Shown: positions 8,616-19,414, numbered from the stretch's first letter. The stretch: 64,000 nt of DNA from a virus (IMGVR_UViG_3300025886_001957:14463-78462); one strand, 5' to 3'. Notes: generated by a model not told the origin, from the sequence alone. A program made the numbers and translations.

Positions 8616-11600
8616 CTCTTCCGATGACTATTTCAACTACTCCGCGAGCATCATCAGTTTTATTTTCTAACGACTTTCCTAAAACGGTTCCTATTTTAGC
8701 TTCATTATCAACTATAGCATATCCAGGTATAGCACTAGTAACTAGTAAATCACCTTTTACAACATTACCTAATACTTTGCAAGGAACTCTGCCTTGCAAT
8801 GCTAGTCCTATTACAAATTCTCCTTGTAATGCGCTGTTCATTAAATGTGCAGGATTTGTAGTAACTACTCCTGCTGCTCTACGATCACCTTTACTGTCAC
8901 AAATTGTAACTTCACGGTCGCCGCCAAACACCAGTACAGTGCCTGGTTCATAATCAGCATCACTTAAATAATTCTCTGCAAGGTCAGCATATTGAGCGTT
9001 GGTTGCAGTACCGTGGAAAGTTTCAGCATATACAGCAAGCCATTTATTACCGCTTGCTCCGAGAGACGAACCACTGTTACCACTGCTTTGGTTAGTACGT
9101 GGTGTTATATCGCCGCCGGCGTTAATAATTATGTTTTCAAGCGTAAGTGTATTAGTATCTGGCTGGTATTTAAATCCATCATCAGTGAACAGGCCTAGAT
9201 CGCCTGTGGCATTTGCTGTAAAGTTTACAAAATGACTATCTGCGTGAGTATTACGGGCTGTAACTTCAACCGTTGACGATGCTGGATTGAAGCTACTACT
9301 TATACCAATGGTGATTGTGCCGCCAGATTCAGTCACCTCAATCTCGGCGGGCGTACCATTAAAGTTCATTGTGCCGCCTAATGCTACAGCAGTAGTTGAT
9401 CCTGCGCCACCAGCTTGAAGAGTAATAGTGCTGTTTGTAAGTTTTCCATTTGCAATCGATCCGGCCAGTTGAGCATTTGAGACACCTAATGGCTTAATTG
9501 ATACAGCACCACTACTGACCGCGAAGTCTCCTGAGCCAAAACTTGCAATACCTTTTACACTTGTAGTAGCATTGTTAAGGTCGAGCTTGCTTTGTGCAAT
9601 AGCAGCATCACTTTTAACATCATCATTTACAATAACACCTGTTGCTATGGCTGTTGTGATTGTATTAGCAGCACTTCTAGTTAGAGTTACATCACCACCA
9701 ACTGTGGCATTTTCCCATTTAGGAGCTGGTGGAGAACCAGCGGCATCGGCATTATACACTAATAAATCCGATGCCGCTAAACTGGTCATAGTAGTGTCAG
9801 TTAATTCCTCTAGCGTATCATATAGTGCAGTTTGGGCATCTACGTATGATTTATTTGCTGCATCACCGTTTGAAACTGGCGTACCAACTGAAGTAATTAG
9901 ATTTCCGCCCATAGCAAGTATGCCGGTCATTACGCCGCCGCTTGCTTTAACTGCGCCGCCTGCAAGTATGTCGTTTGGGTCGGTTAATGCACCGGTCCGG
10001 TCCCATCCTAAGCGTTTGTTAATATAACCTTCAATTGCCGTTTCGGTTGGAACAGTATCAGACTGAGCGTTAGTAAATGAAGTGTCAGTTGAGAACTCTC
10101 TTACTTGTACACCACGTTTAAAGCCAATACCGTCAATATTTGTCAATACAATAGCTGCATTAAATGTAATACTACCAGTACCTTGGTCAACTGTAAAGAA
10201 TCGACCTACGCGGAAGAAACCGTCTTGGTCTGTACTAGCAAAAAATGCTCTACCTCTATTGCGCTCTTGTACTTGTGCTTTTGCACTAGTTCCGTCTTCG
10301 TCAATTGCTTCAGATGCGGTAACCGTGCTATTAACAGGCTTTCCAAATATTCTATCAGGATAGTTTGTTTCATTATAAGTTCCGCTACCAATATCAAGGA
10401 AGTCATGACTTGTAGCACGGCATGTTGAAATATCAACAGTGACCGTAAACGGATCGTTAATTGGTCTTCCTAGCTCAATTGAAACATTTCGTCCAGTTGG
10501 ACTAACAACCGGTGCTGGTAATCCAGTTGGATTACTACCAGCGATGATATCATAACTTTTTGTAAATGTTAAAATTGATACGTTAGGACCACGTACTCTT
10601 GCTCTCATGGTTGTTTGGCCAGTTACATTAGGGTCGCTACTGCCAATGAATGGAATAGTTCTAGCTTCGTTGTTGTATAAATCGAACTGAAGATTGTTTG
10701 AACCTGATACTGCCTGTATGTAAAATTCTGATCCGTCTGGAAATACTGCGGTTGTAGTTTCGCCTGCTAATATTATTTTATTACCGGTTGTAAATCCTAC
10801 GTCGGTTGTAATAGTCATTCGATACACAGTACCGCCAAAGAAAGATATGCTAGATACATTAGCAACTGTGGTAACATGAGCATCATGATAATTTGATACA
10901 TTAAATACTGCACCTTCCCATGCAAATTCCATATCATTGCCTGCAAGTAATCTTGTTTTTTCATCTTCTGTAAATCTTCTTGTTAGAATAATGTTTTCAT
11001 CATTTGCTGTAGCGCCAAGTGTTCTAGTGTTTGTGCCGGCTAAAGTTTCTCTAGCAGCAACAGTTATTGTACCAATCATACCAACATGATTTGCACATTG
11101 ATAATAGTAAGTTCCAGTTGCCTCAGGCGACCAACTTACAACACCAGAAACTGTTCCTTGGTTGGTTGCAGCTGGTCCACTTACATCAGCGCCACCGTTG
11201 GCCACTCTAATGTGAAAAGGATGGCCTGCTGCGTCTACAGTAAAATTAACAGTGTCTCCTATTTTCATTGTAACTGCTGCGTTGGTGCCGCTTACTGCAC
11301 CAGTTAGTACGTATCCTGCGGTGCCTGAATTTGTAACATTGATGTTTATTGGTTTTCCTATTATTTCATACCCTTTGTCTGTGGTACTAGTACTTGCATA
11401 TGTTGTATCAGTATTAGTACTTAAACTACTAACCACAATATCGCCATGATCATTGTCAACTGGTATTGGAATATATTGATAATTACTGTCAAATGTCATT
11501 CGTGAGTCTAATGCATTATTTGCAACATTAATACCCGAAACAATAGTATTTTCAATTGACAGTGTTCTATACGTAATAGTTGGTGCTGCATTAAACACAA

Positions 11601-14600
11601 ACGCAGTACTTGGTCTAGTAACTGTACTAGAAGTTACTCCGTGAACTAATAACGCACTTTTGGCTTGATGTGTAATAATTTGGCCATGGTCAGTCACGGT
11701 AGTTAATCCAGATGAAGTAATACCAACTCCGGTGGTCATTGCAAGAGCCCATACTTTTGTTTGAATAGCACTACCGCTTTCACATAAAAGTGCTGGAACA
11801 GTAAGACCAGTATCAGTTACACTTACTACTTCGTAAGGTGAATATTTGTCGTCACTGTGTAGTATATTAATTTGGCTACCATTCATTGGATAATGTGAAA
11901 AATCGTAAGCATGTACAGTAGTTGTGCCTACTTTGCCTTCATGTCCTACTGAAACAACTGCAATTGGATCACTGGTTATAACATCATCACTGTCATTTTT
12001 ATTTGTAATATCATTTGCACTATCAGTAAATGTATTAGAAGTTACACTAAGATACAATACAGTATTGGCTCCGTCGGTTACAGAATATCGAAAAATACCT
12101 GAAGCATTAGTGCTAGCTTGTTCAAGTACATCATTAGCATCAATGTTTGCAGCATTAAATTCTACAGTGGTAATAGTAACACGTTGATCGACTTGATGGA
12201 ATTTTGCGGGTTGTATCATAGGCTGAAGTAGTGTACCGGCTAGAGGAACTTCATCGGGATCAGAACCTGCAGACACAAGTCCAAATGTACCATAGGAGTT
12301 ATTACCAGTTAACGATCTAATCTGTGAACCATTGTTTGAAAAATATCCAATATGACAATAGTATGTAAACACACTTACTAGTTCTGCTAGAGCATTGTTT
12401 GTTGCAATCACACCATATCCGTTGTCGTTAATTTGAGTATAGTCGTTAGCCAACATTGATTTATTGCCGCCGCCTTGTATTGTAATTAGTTCGTATGAAC
12501 TATCAATAGGTGTATTATATCCTTGATATCCTGATCCATCATTTTTTAATGGTCCACTTTTAGGATCAAGTACAAGTGTACAGCTTGAAATTAAATCCGC
12601 AGCACTATCGCCAAAATCTACAGCAGTTGAATCGTCGGGTACTGTGAAATCTTTAGTCACTGCACTCTGTTTATTTTTATAATCTTTAATTTGATTAACC
12701 TTGTATAGAAACCCTTGAATATAAAAACTACATGGTACTTTTGGTTTGCGTTGTCCTAAAATACTGTCATCAGGTGCTTCGACTTCAATTTCAAAGTCAC
12801 TTATTTTATCAACAATCACTGCTGGAATATTATAAGTATATCCATCAATGAATTGCCCGCCCGCAAACGATTTTGTAGTTCCTTTTGATTGTGAAAAACT
12901 TGAACATGTTTGTGCATATGGAGATCTTGTTAAAATTTGTCCTGTTGGATCAAGTACCATCATAAATCCGCCATGTCGTTGACAAGTAATATTACGTACT
13001 AGCACAGCATCATTACACATAAACACATCCATTTGATTGTTATCTTTTGGATGACTTGATGCATCTGCAGGATTTGTTAAGTAATGATAGCCATAATATC
13101 CATCTACTTTAGTGCTGTCTGTAGGATTAATTCGTTGGTTAAATTCTGTACCAACATTGGCATGTCCAGCTGTGGCAGTTGTAATTCCGTCAATAGTTTT
13201 GTCTCTATAAAAATATGTATACGCATGAGGACTAGTACTTCTGCCAGGTGCTGGTCTTACAATACAACGTCTAAATTCGTCACCTTTAATACTAACATTA
13301 TCAGGTACTCTGATAGGAAATTGTTCTTCATAAATTCCAGATTCAACTCTAACTGAAATTTGTTTCTTTTTAACATTATTTCCGTATTCGATTTCTTCAC
13401 CAATGATAAATTCTTTTACATCTAGTAGATTAACTTGAATTGTATCGCGGTCCATTTGTGGAGCAGTATCAAGACCTTTAACATATGAAAAAACTTCACC
13501 TATTGCGCCTGAAGTTTTACCTCTTATCACTTTTCCTGGATATATGTCAATATTTGGAAATTGGGCATTTTGAGTTCCTGATTGGTCTGTATATTTGTTA
13601 TCACCGCTAGTAACAAACAGTTTGTAATAATTATTTGATTCTAAGTCTTGTACAGTTACTTCAGTTGAGTCGCCAACGTTGCCTGTGACTATTTCGATTA
13701 TTTCATCAAATCGTTTACCTGCATATATATAATATTGATTTGAGGCAAATCCTGATCCTAGTGCTGTTGCAAGTACAGCTAGTGTTTCAGTTTTTGCTTT
13801 TGTTATTCCTGCTACGGTTTCTGTAAGTTGTCCTCTAGAATCAATAGCAAATTCTGCAGAAGGACTACTAAAATATCTATATCCAGCATATTTTGTAAGT
13901 GTATTATGCGCAGATGCTGTAGTACTTGCACTAAGATCCAATCTAATAGCATCTAATATAGTGCCAGTATCACGTCGACATGTAGCTTCGGTATACACAA
14001 AGTTTGGATAAGTTGTATTAATATGAGTAATTACATTATCAATAATAGTAGCTCGTGAACTTTTAATAGCATTAGCTACTGTGCCCCGTACTGTCTCAGT
14101 AGTTAGATCATATCCTACAACAAGTGCTCCGCCACCGCCGTCATTATCAATTGTAGTTGCAGTAGTTTTTACTCCTGAATTTTGATATGTAAGATCTTGT
14201 ACATAAGGACCAATATCAATATCTGATGCCCGTTGTATTAGCTCAGCTTTAATCATAGCTTTTGATATTGTTCTATATGCGTGTTTATTACTTCTTCCTT
14301 TTTTTCCTGGAGGCGAATTACTTTGTATATCATCGCCGTCTGTTGATACATATAAATTAGTAGTGCTTGAATGTGTCATATTATCAACATAAAACTTTGT
14401 AACAGCTTGCTTGTCGTCAGTTCCATTAGGTGTACCGTATCCTTCAAGAGGCGCAGGATGATCATGTAAGTTAATAGCACCAGTTGCAGTATCGCCAGCA
14501 GCATTTAGATACAGAGAATCTCCGTAACCTTTGTTAACTATTAAGTTATCTTCAGTTATTGATGCAAAATGCTTGTTATTATAGGCACTAATAAGTGCAG

Positions 14601-15039
14601 TTCTTTGAGTATTATCTAACATATTTGCTGCAATAACATCAGAGTACGCTGCTGCATCACCAATTTTAAGTGGGTTACCAGTAGCCGGTCTTGGGTCATT
14701 AATTAATTTAGGATTTATTACTTTAGCAACTAATTTATCACCTACTATTTCAAACAAAATTGTATTATCATTATTAGCTGAATCATTAGATTGTGCATCA
14801 GATACTAAGCTAAAGAAATCAATAGCTGATCCTGCTGAATTAACCATCACAATCTTACCTTGGTTTCCTACTGTTGTTTCTGGAGTATCACTTAATGAAG
14901 TAAATTTAATTGAACCGCCGAGTCCAAATACAGCATATATTTCGTTAAAATTTTCATTTACTTTTTTAAATGATTGTCTAATACTATCTCCGGTGCCATC
15001 ATTGCCTGCAGCACCAATATTAATCTCTTGCTTAGCCAT
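8611..15039 (-). CDS. 2142-aa tail/baseplate fibre-like protein: gp9/gp10-like N-terminus, internal cupredoxin-like domain, C-terminal intramolecular-chaperone-like domain
   Basis: KQEINIGAAGNDGTGDSIRQSFKKVNENF; HPFH...YYYQCANHVGM; YADLAENY...GVV..NP...LALQGRVPCKV C-terminus. Confidence 0.7.
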   Translation of the reverse strand: MAKQEINIGAAGNDGTGDSIRQSFKKVNENFNEIYAVFGLGGSIKFTSLSDTPETTVGNQGKIVMVNSAGSAIDFFSLVSDAQSNDSANNDNTILFEIVGDKLVAKVINPKLINDPRPATGNPLKIGDAAAYSDVIAANMLDNTQRTALISAYNNKHFASITEDNLIVNKGYGDSLYLNAAGDTATGAINLHDHPAPLEGYGTPNGTDDKQAVTKFYVDNMTHSSTTNLYVSTDGDDIQSNSPPGKKGRSNKHAYRTISKAMIKAELIQRASDIDIGPYVQDLTYQNSGVKTTATTIDNDGGGGALVVGYDLTTETVRGTVANAIKSSRATIIDNVITHINTTYPNFVYTEATCRRDTGTILDAIRLDLSASTTASAHNTLTKYAGYRYFSSPSAEFAIDSRGQLTETVAGITKAKTETLAVLATALGSGFASNQYYIYAGKRFDEIIEIVTGNVGDSTEVTVQDLESNNYYKLFVTSGDNKYTDQSGTQNAQFPNIDIYPGKVIRGKTSGAIGEVFSYVKGLDTAPQMDRDTIQVNLLDVKEFIIGEEIEYGNNVKKKQISVRVESGIYEEQFPIRVPDNVSIKGDEFRRCIVRPAPGRSTSPHAYTYFYRDKTIDGITTATAGHANVGTEFNQRINPTDSTKVDGYYGYHYLTNPADASSHPKDNNQMDVFMCNDAVLVRNITCQRHGGFMMVLDPTGQILTRSPYAQTCSSFSQSKGTTKSFAGGQFIDGYTYNIPAVIVDKISDFEIEVEAPDDSILGQRKPKVPCSFYIQGFLYKVNQIKDYKNKQSAVTKDFTVPDDSTAVDFGDSAADLISSCTLVLDPKSGPLKNDGSGYQGYNTPIDSSYELITIQGGGNKSMLANDYTQINDNGYGVIATNNALAELVSVFTYYCHIGYFSNNGSQIRSLTGNNSYGTFGLVSAGSDPDEVPLAGTLLQPMIQPAKFHQVDQRVTITTVEFNAANIDANDVLEQASTNASGIFRYSVTDGANTVLYLSVTSNTFTDSANDITNKNDSDDVITSDPIAVVSVGHEGKVGTTTVHAYDFSHYPMNGSQINILHSDDKYSPYEVVSVTDTGLTVPALLCESGSAIQTKVWALAMTTGVGITSSGLTTVTDHGQIITHQAKSALLVHGVTSSTVTRPSTAFVFNAAPTITYRTLSIENTIVSGINVANNALDSRMTFDSNYQYIPIPVDNDHGDIVVSSLSTNTDTTYASTSTTDKGYEIIGKPININVTNSGTAGYVLTGAVSGTNAAVTMKIGDTVNFTVDAAGHPFHIRVANGGADVSGPAATNQGTVSGVVSWSPEATGTYYYQCANHVGMIGTITVAARETLAGTNTRTLGATANDENIILTRRFTEDEKTRLLAGNDMEFAWEGAVFNVSNYHDAHVTTVANVSSISFFGGTVYRMTITTDVGFTTGNKIILAGETTTAVFPDGSEFYIQAVSGSNNLQFDLYNNEARTIPFIGSSDPNVTGQTTMRARVRGPNVSILTFTKSYDIIAGSNPTGLPAPVVSPTGRNVSIELGRPINDPFTVTVDISTCRATSHDFLDIGSGTYNETNYPDRIFGKPVNSTVTASEAIDEDGTSAKAQVQERNRGRAFFASTDQDGFFRVGRFFTVDQGTGSITFNAAIVLTNIDGIGFKRGVQVREFSTDTSFTNAQSDTVPTETAIEGYINKRLGWDRTGALTDPNDILAGGAVKASGGVMTGILAMGGNLITSVGTPVSNGDAANKSYVDAQTALYDTLEELTDTTMTSLAASDLLVYNADAAGSPPAPKWENATVGGDVTLTRSAANTITTAIATGVIVNDDVKSDAAIAQSKLDLNNATTSVKGIASFGSGDFAVSSGAVSIKPLGVSNAQLAGSIANGKLTNSTITLQAGGAGSTTAVALGGTMNFNGTPAEIEVTESGGTITIGISSSFNPASSTVEVTARNTHADSHFVNFTANATGDLGLFTDDGFKYQPDTNTLTLENIIINAGGDITPRTNQSSGNSGSSLGASGNKWLAVYAETFHGTATNAQYADLAENYLSDADYEPGTVLVFGGDREVTICDSKGDRRAAGVVTTNPAHLMNSALQGEFVIGLALQGRVPCKVLGNVVKGDLLVTSAIPGYAIVDNEAKIGTVLGKSLENKTDDARGVVEIVIGRV

Positions 15040-15050
15040 TTAATTATCCT

Positions 15051-15407
15051 TTACCATTGCGGTACTAAATTATCCATATCAAAGTTTACACTTACACCAC
15101 ATCCGCAACTTGACTGTGCGTTAGGGTTATTAATTTCAAAATTTGATCCTACTATTGTAGTTACATAATCAACTTCGGTGCCAACTAAAAACATTATACT
15201 TGAAGCATTAACTATAAACGAACAGTTGTTGTCAGTTTTAAATACTTCGTCATGTTTATCTAAATCAGCCGGAGTTTTAACTAATCCCCAATCGTATTCA
15301 AATCCTGCACATCCGCCACCTTTTAGGTTTAAACTTACTCCATAACAATCATTATTATCACAAAGTGTGTCTATTTGTTTTTTTGCTGCTTCTGTTAGTG
15401 TAATCAT
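15051..15407 (-). CDS. iscA: HesB/IscA-family iron-sulfur cluster assembly protein
   Basis: GGGCAGFEY and CGCGVS motifs. Confidence 0.92.
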   Translation of the reverse strand: MITLTEAAKKQIDTLCDNNDCYGVSLNLKGGGCAGFEYDWGLVKTPADLDKHDEVFKTDNNCSFIVNASSIMFLVGTEVDYVTTIVGSNFEINNPNAQSSCGCGVSVNFDMDNLVPQW

Positions 15408-15464
15408 TTACTTTCCTCTCTAATATTTATCCATAGGTTTTATAATCTTAATGTAAATATAGTT

Positions 15465-15752
15465 ATGTTTATAAAAGAATACACCATTGATACCTGGCAT
15501 CTAAGAAAATCAAAATTAGGAAATCAACATACATATTGTCGTAAAAAGACTATGGTAGTGTTATGTTGTGATAATTGTGATACTGAATTTACTCGACCAA
15601 AAGGCGATATGTCACCTGTTAGACTAAATGATAACTATTTTCATGTATGTAAAGATTGTGATGTTAAAAAATTTGCACAGAAAAAAGGAGTTGACAAAAG
15701 AAAAATATGGAAAATGTCAGCTAGTTCAGATCTGCCTATCAGCAAGTTTTAA
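15465..15752 (+). CDS. Hypothetical protein with two CxxC pairs (possible Zn ribbon)
   Basis: CDNC and CKDC; TAAATA motif upstream; divergent from iscA. Confidence 0.6.
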   Translation: MFIKEYTIDTWHLRKSKLGNQHTYCRKKTMVVLCCDNCDTEFTRPKGDMSPVRLNDNYFHVCKDCDVKKFAQKKGVDKRKIWKMSASSDLPISKF

Positions 15753-17003
15753 CATAAAGTCGTCAATTTTAGTAACTGTATCATCATTACTTAAAATGCT
15801 GTCTAGACGATTAATATCAACTAGTTCAGGATGAACATACCAGTCTTCGAATGGAGAATTTTCAACGGGCGAAACATTTGAGATTACACGCTGGTATCCT
15901 TTTGATTCTAATACAACTTTTGCTTGATGCTGCCATTGTCCTTTTGGATCAACATATTCGTCATGTTCGTAAGTTATCACTCTAAATTTATAATCATCAA
16001 ATGGTATACGAAGCATACAATTAAAAGTATTTTCAGCAGGCTCAATATCTAATTGTAAGTAGTCAATAATATTAGTGCTATAGTTATCTTTAAGTAGTTG
16101 TGCATAATCAATCGTAAGTGCATTGGCTAACAAACATTTATTTTTACGAGTATTATTATAATCAGTTACAAAATGTTCTTGAAATTCAATGCCTATTCCA
16201 CTCCATCCTCGTTGTTCTAACAAATAAGTATTATTGCATTTAATAGGCATTGCTGATCCTATTTCAAGATAGGTTCCGTTGTACTTTCCATTTAGCATAT
16301 ACAATACAAACATGTCCTGATATACTTGTGCATAATTTTGTACTATTTTATCACTGTCTTTGAATTTAAATTTTAGCCTATCGTGATAATCATTCAAATA
16401 CTGTTTAACTGATTTACTATCCGGGCCATGACCAAGTTGTTGCCTATTACGTACACAAGCATGATAGTAACTATTGTGCATAAGTGTATGTTCTTTTTCT
16501 AATAGGTGTGTAAAAATATCTCGACTTAGTTGTCCTTTTCCAATCCAATATGCTGCTACAGCTTTTTGGAATGTAATACCATAACGTCCAGGATATACAC
16601 ACGGTATAGATAGCGGAGATAAACTAAAATTACATATATTTTCTGCCATTACACACCAATAATAGCTTTGCTGATGATCATTTAATTTTTCATATAATTT
16701 ACTAATTAAAAAATAAGCTTCAGGTCGGCGCGGATCTGTGTCAATAGCCGAAAGCAGAAATGATTTTTCAGCAGTAGGACGCTTGCCTAATTTTTCATAA
16801 CACATTTGACACATTATAAGTGCAATATATATTTGACTATTGTCATTTGAATACTCAGCTACTTTTTGATAAAATAACGAAGCTGGAGCAAAAAGTTGTT
16901 GATTATAATATGCATGTGCAAGTTCTAGTTTAGAATCACAGTTGTCCATATCTTTAAAATATTTTTGTGTAAGTGTATCAATGTCCATGTATAAAACTTT
17001 CAA
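15726..17003 (-). CDS. TPR-like repeats fused to an FkbM-type SAM methyltransferase
   Basis: PRRPEAYFLISKLY TPR-like segment; YLEIGS, IDYLQLDIEP, ITYEHD. Confidence 0.7.
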   Translation of the reverse strand: MKVLYMDIDTLTQKYFKDMDNCDSKLELAHAYYNQQLFAPASLFYQKVAEYSNDNSQIYIALIMCQMCYEKLGKRPTAEKSFLLSAIDTDPRRPEAYFLISKLYEKLNDHQQSYYWCVMAENICNFSLSPLSIPCVYPGRYGITFQKAVAAYWIGKGQLSRDIFTHLLEKEHTLMHNSYYHACVRNRQQLGHGPDSKSVKQYLNDYHDRLKFKFKDSDKIVQNYAQVYQDMFVLYMLNGKYNGTYLEIGSAMPIKCNNTYLLEQRGWSGIGIEFQEHFVTDYNNTRKNKCLLANALTIDYAQLLKDNYSTNIIDYLQLDIEPAENTFNCMLRIPFDDYKFRVITYEHDEYVDPKGQWQHQAKVVLESKGYQRVISNVSPVENSPFEDWYVHPELVDINRLDSILSNDDTVTKIDDFMLKLADRQI

Positions 17004-17961
17004 ATTTAGTTATTGGTAATTTTAAAACATATCCAGTAAGATCAGTTTGTCCAAATGAAATATATACATCTTGATCAAGTTTACACAATCCACATGCAAA
17101 TTCAACTAATGAATCGGTAAATGTAAATCTTTTAGAGTGTGTTACAAGATTCCATGACTTATCCCAGACTATAAATTTATGATAGTATAGTAGATCGCGT
17201 TTATTAAGTTCAGTAGCAACTGGTACTGATTCGTGTATAATACCATAATAGTAATTGTTATGTTCTATTATTTGTCCGCCGCCACGCCAATCATAATCCA
17301 TTGGATAATAACTGCCCATATGTACATTTTCACAATATGAAGCTGTTTGATCAGTTTTAACAATTTGTACAGGGTTTGACCACTTAACAAAATGATAAGG
17401 CATGTGTAAAATAGGCATCCAATTTTTTTCACAATATGAATCTTCATTGCTGGGCAACGGTATACGCACTCTGCTTATTTCAACACATTCGTCATTATCA
17501 AATTCAACTTCAGACATTTCAATTCTAGCAACGCCGTTGGTGGTTGTATCTCGACGAGTACCACACAGATAACTTTTATTATTCCAAAATACCAATCTAG
17601 CATCTTCGAGCCCTATAAATTGCCATAATGGTTCAACATCGTTTGCTGAAGTATCTACTAAAAAGTAATCTTCGATAGTAAGATTGTTGTTTAATTTGCA
17701 AATATAATTATGTGTGGTAAAAATATTTTCATCTTCTTTATTACATAGTACATTTTTACCAAGTATATGATGAAAACGATCATTTTCAGCATGAAAAAGT
17801 GTATGACTCATATTGCGTAGACACATATACAGTTCGCCATTTTTCTCAGCAATTGACGGATTAGTTAATGCTGGGAATGATAAATCGTCTGCAGGAATTA
17901 TGATTGGCTTAACTACTCCGTTATTATTAATAGCGTAGTCAACTAGTCTTGATATATTCAA
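16978..17961 (-). CDS. Five-bladed beta-propeller glycosidase/phosphorylase-like protein (GH43/GH130-like)
   Basis: NPSI, GLEDARL, EKNWMP, WRGG motifs; TTG start. Confidence 0.6.
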   Translation of the reverse strand: MNISRLVDYAINNNGVVKPIIIPADDLSFPALTNPSIAEKNGELYMCLRNMSHTLFHAENDRFHHILGKNVLCNKEDENIFTTHNYICKLNNNLTIEDYFLVDTSANDVEPLWQFIGLEDARLVFWNNKSYLCGTRRDTTTNGVARIEMSEVEFDNDECVEISRVRIPLPSNEDSYCEKNWMPILHMPYHFVKWSNPVQIVKTDQTASYCENVHMGSYYPMDYDWRGGGQIIEHNNYYYGIIHESVPVATELNKRDLLYYHKFIVWDKSWNLVTHSKRFTFTDSLVEFACGLCKLDQDVYISFGQTDLTGYVLKLPITKFESFIHGH

Positions 17962-17966
17962 TTTTT

Positions 17967-18131
17967 TTAATCTTTTTTCCAGATAGTCCAGGCACCATAT
18001 GCAATTGCTGCATATGCAATAAGTTTAGTTAATGGTGAAAAAATAATTATAGCGGCGCCAGCAGCGACCATGATTACGCCGTCAATTGTTGATCGTTCAG
18101 CGAGGCGCTGGCTTATCCAATTTTTGATCAT
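17967..18131 (-). CDS. Small membrane protein, 54 aa
   Basis: Read by hand (MIKNWISQRLAERSTIDGVIMVAAG...WKKD). Confidence 0.65.
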   Translation of the reverse strand: MIKNWISQRLAERSTIDGVIMVAAGAAIIIFSPLTKLIAYAAIAYGAWTIWKKD

Positions 18132-18378
18132 TAGTTAATCTCCTAATTCTTTTATCGTGCTCGTATACACTAGTTTCTAGTCTACGTAATTTATGTTCAA
18201 TTCCGTTTACATATGCTTGAGTTGGTATCTGACGCTCTTGTCCATCTTCACCTAACATTGTAAATGAATCTACACCTTGACCTTTTAATCCTCCTAAAAC
18301 TCTATTAGGATTTTTTTCTTGTATCGCCGGTTTGGGCTGGTTTTGTGCTGCATACATTTTTTTAATAAAATTGTTCAT
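18097..18378 (-). CDS. Hypothetical protein
   Basis: ORF track; ATAAATA upstream. Confidence 0.6.
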   Translation of the reverse strand: MNNFIKKMYAAQNQPKPAIQEKNPNRVLGGLKGQGVDSFTMLGEDGQERQIPTQAYVNGIEHKLRRLETSVYEHDKRIRRLTNDQKLDKPAPR

Positions 18379-18385
18379 AATGTAT

Positions 18386-19414
18386 TTATGCTGCTAATGA
18401 TTCCTGTGTTAAACTATAGAGTTGACCACTTGCTAAATTCTTACATTTTGCTTCGACCATAATGTCAGCCCAGTCCCAATGTGACAATGCCCACCGGTTA
18501 CATGCATCATTCCAGCAGTAGTCTGAATGAGCTCTAAGTTTTTGTTTTTTGTAGCCTTGCTCTAGTAGAGTAGTCATATCAGGCATAGTGTTTTCACTAT
18601 GTCCTTCTAAGTACTCAGGACGACAAAGGCTGTAATGCATAGCAGGACGCACGCCACGCCAACTATCAATAATGCGATTGATTCTTTTGTCATTTGCTTT
18701 TATATACTCTCCTGTATTTACCCAGTGATGATGTATGTCTAATACCAATGCACAATGATCTGCAAGTTCGAGACTTGCTTCGAGACCCCATTTGTTTTCG
18801 TCGTTTTCGATTGTAATACAGTTACGTGCTTCAGGAGACAAACGAGGAAGTACATCTTTAATACCTTGCGGGCCTTTTCTGCCACTAATATGTACATTAC
18901 ATTTAAAGTCTTGCCATTGTTGACCGTAGCCCATCCAGCGAAGTAAGTTAACATGGTATTCAAATTCTTCAATTGAACGTTCTACGATTTCTGGATTATC
19001 TGAAGCAAGGACTGTAAATTGGCCTGGGTGCATGGAGAGTCGAACATCGAGTGCTCTTGCTGCTTCTCCGACTTTTGCATATTCTCTTTCACAGTATGCC
19101 ACCACGTCAGGCCGAGACCAAAAATACTTCCAGCTAGACTCGGTAGCACATGGAAGTTGATTACTACCCAATCGGACCATTCTAAGTTCAAACGGAAGAC
19201 TTCCAACATACTCGACCAATCTCTTTGCTGCCGCAGCGTTGTGAACCATAATGTCCCACAATCTTTCTTCTGCAACATCTCTACTTTGTCTATTTAGCCA
19301 AGCAACAGTAGTACACTTTTCTGTAAGTGGACGTTGTAGTTCTTCAAGTACTTTTTTCTTCTGGGTCTGATTATGATGCATGTACTTACATGCAAAGCCT
19401 ATACGTTTAATCAT
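18386..19414 (-). CDS. uvsE: UV-damage endonuclease
   Basis: RIGFAC, RLSMHPGQF, ITIENDE, LVLDIHHHW, RAHSDY. Confidence 0.92.
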   Translation of the reverse strand: MIKRIGFACKYMHHNQTQKKKVLEELQRPLTEKCTTVAWLNRQSRDVAEERLWDIMVHNAAAAKRLVEYVGSLPFELRMVRLGSNQLPCATESSWKYFWSRPDVVAYCEREYAKVGEAARALDVRLSMHPGQFTVLASDNPEIVERSIEEFEYHVNLLRWMGYGQQWQDFKCNVHISGRKGPQGIKDVLPRLSPEARNCITIENDENKWGLEASLELADHCALVLDIHHHWVNTGEYIKANDKRINRIIDSWRGVRPAMHYSLCRPEYLEGHSENTMPDMTTLLEQGYKKQKLRAHSDYCWNDACNRWALSHWDWADIMVEAKCKNLASGQLYSLTQESLAA

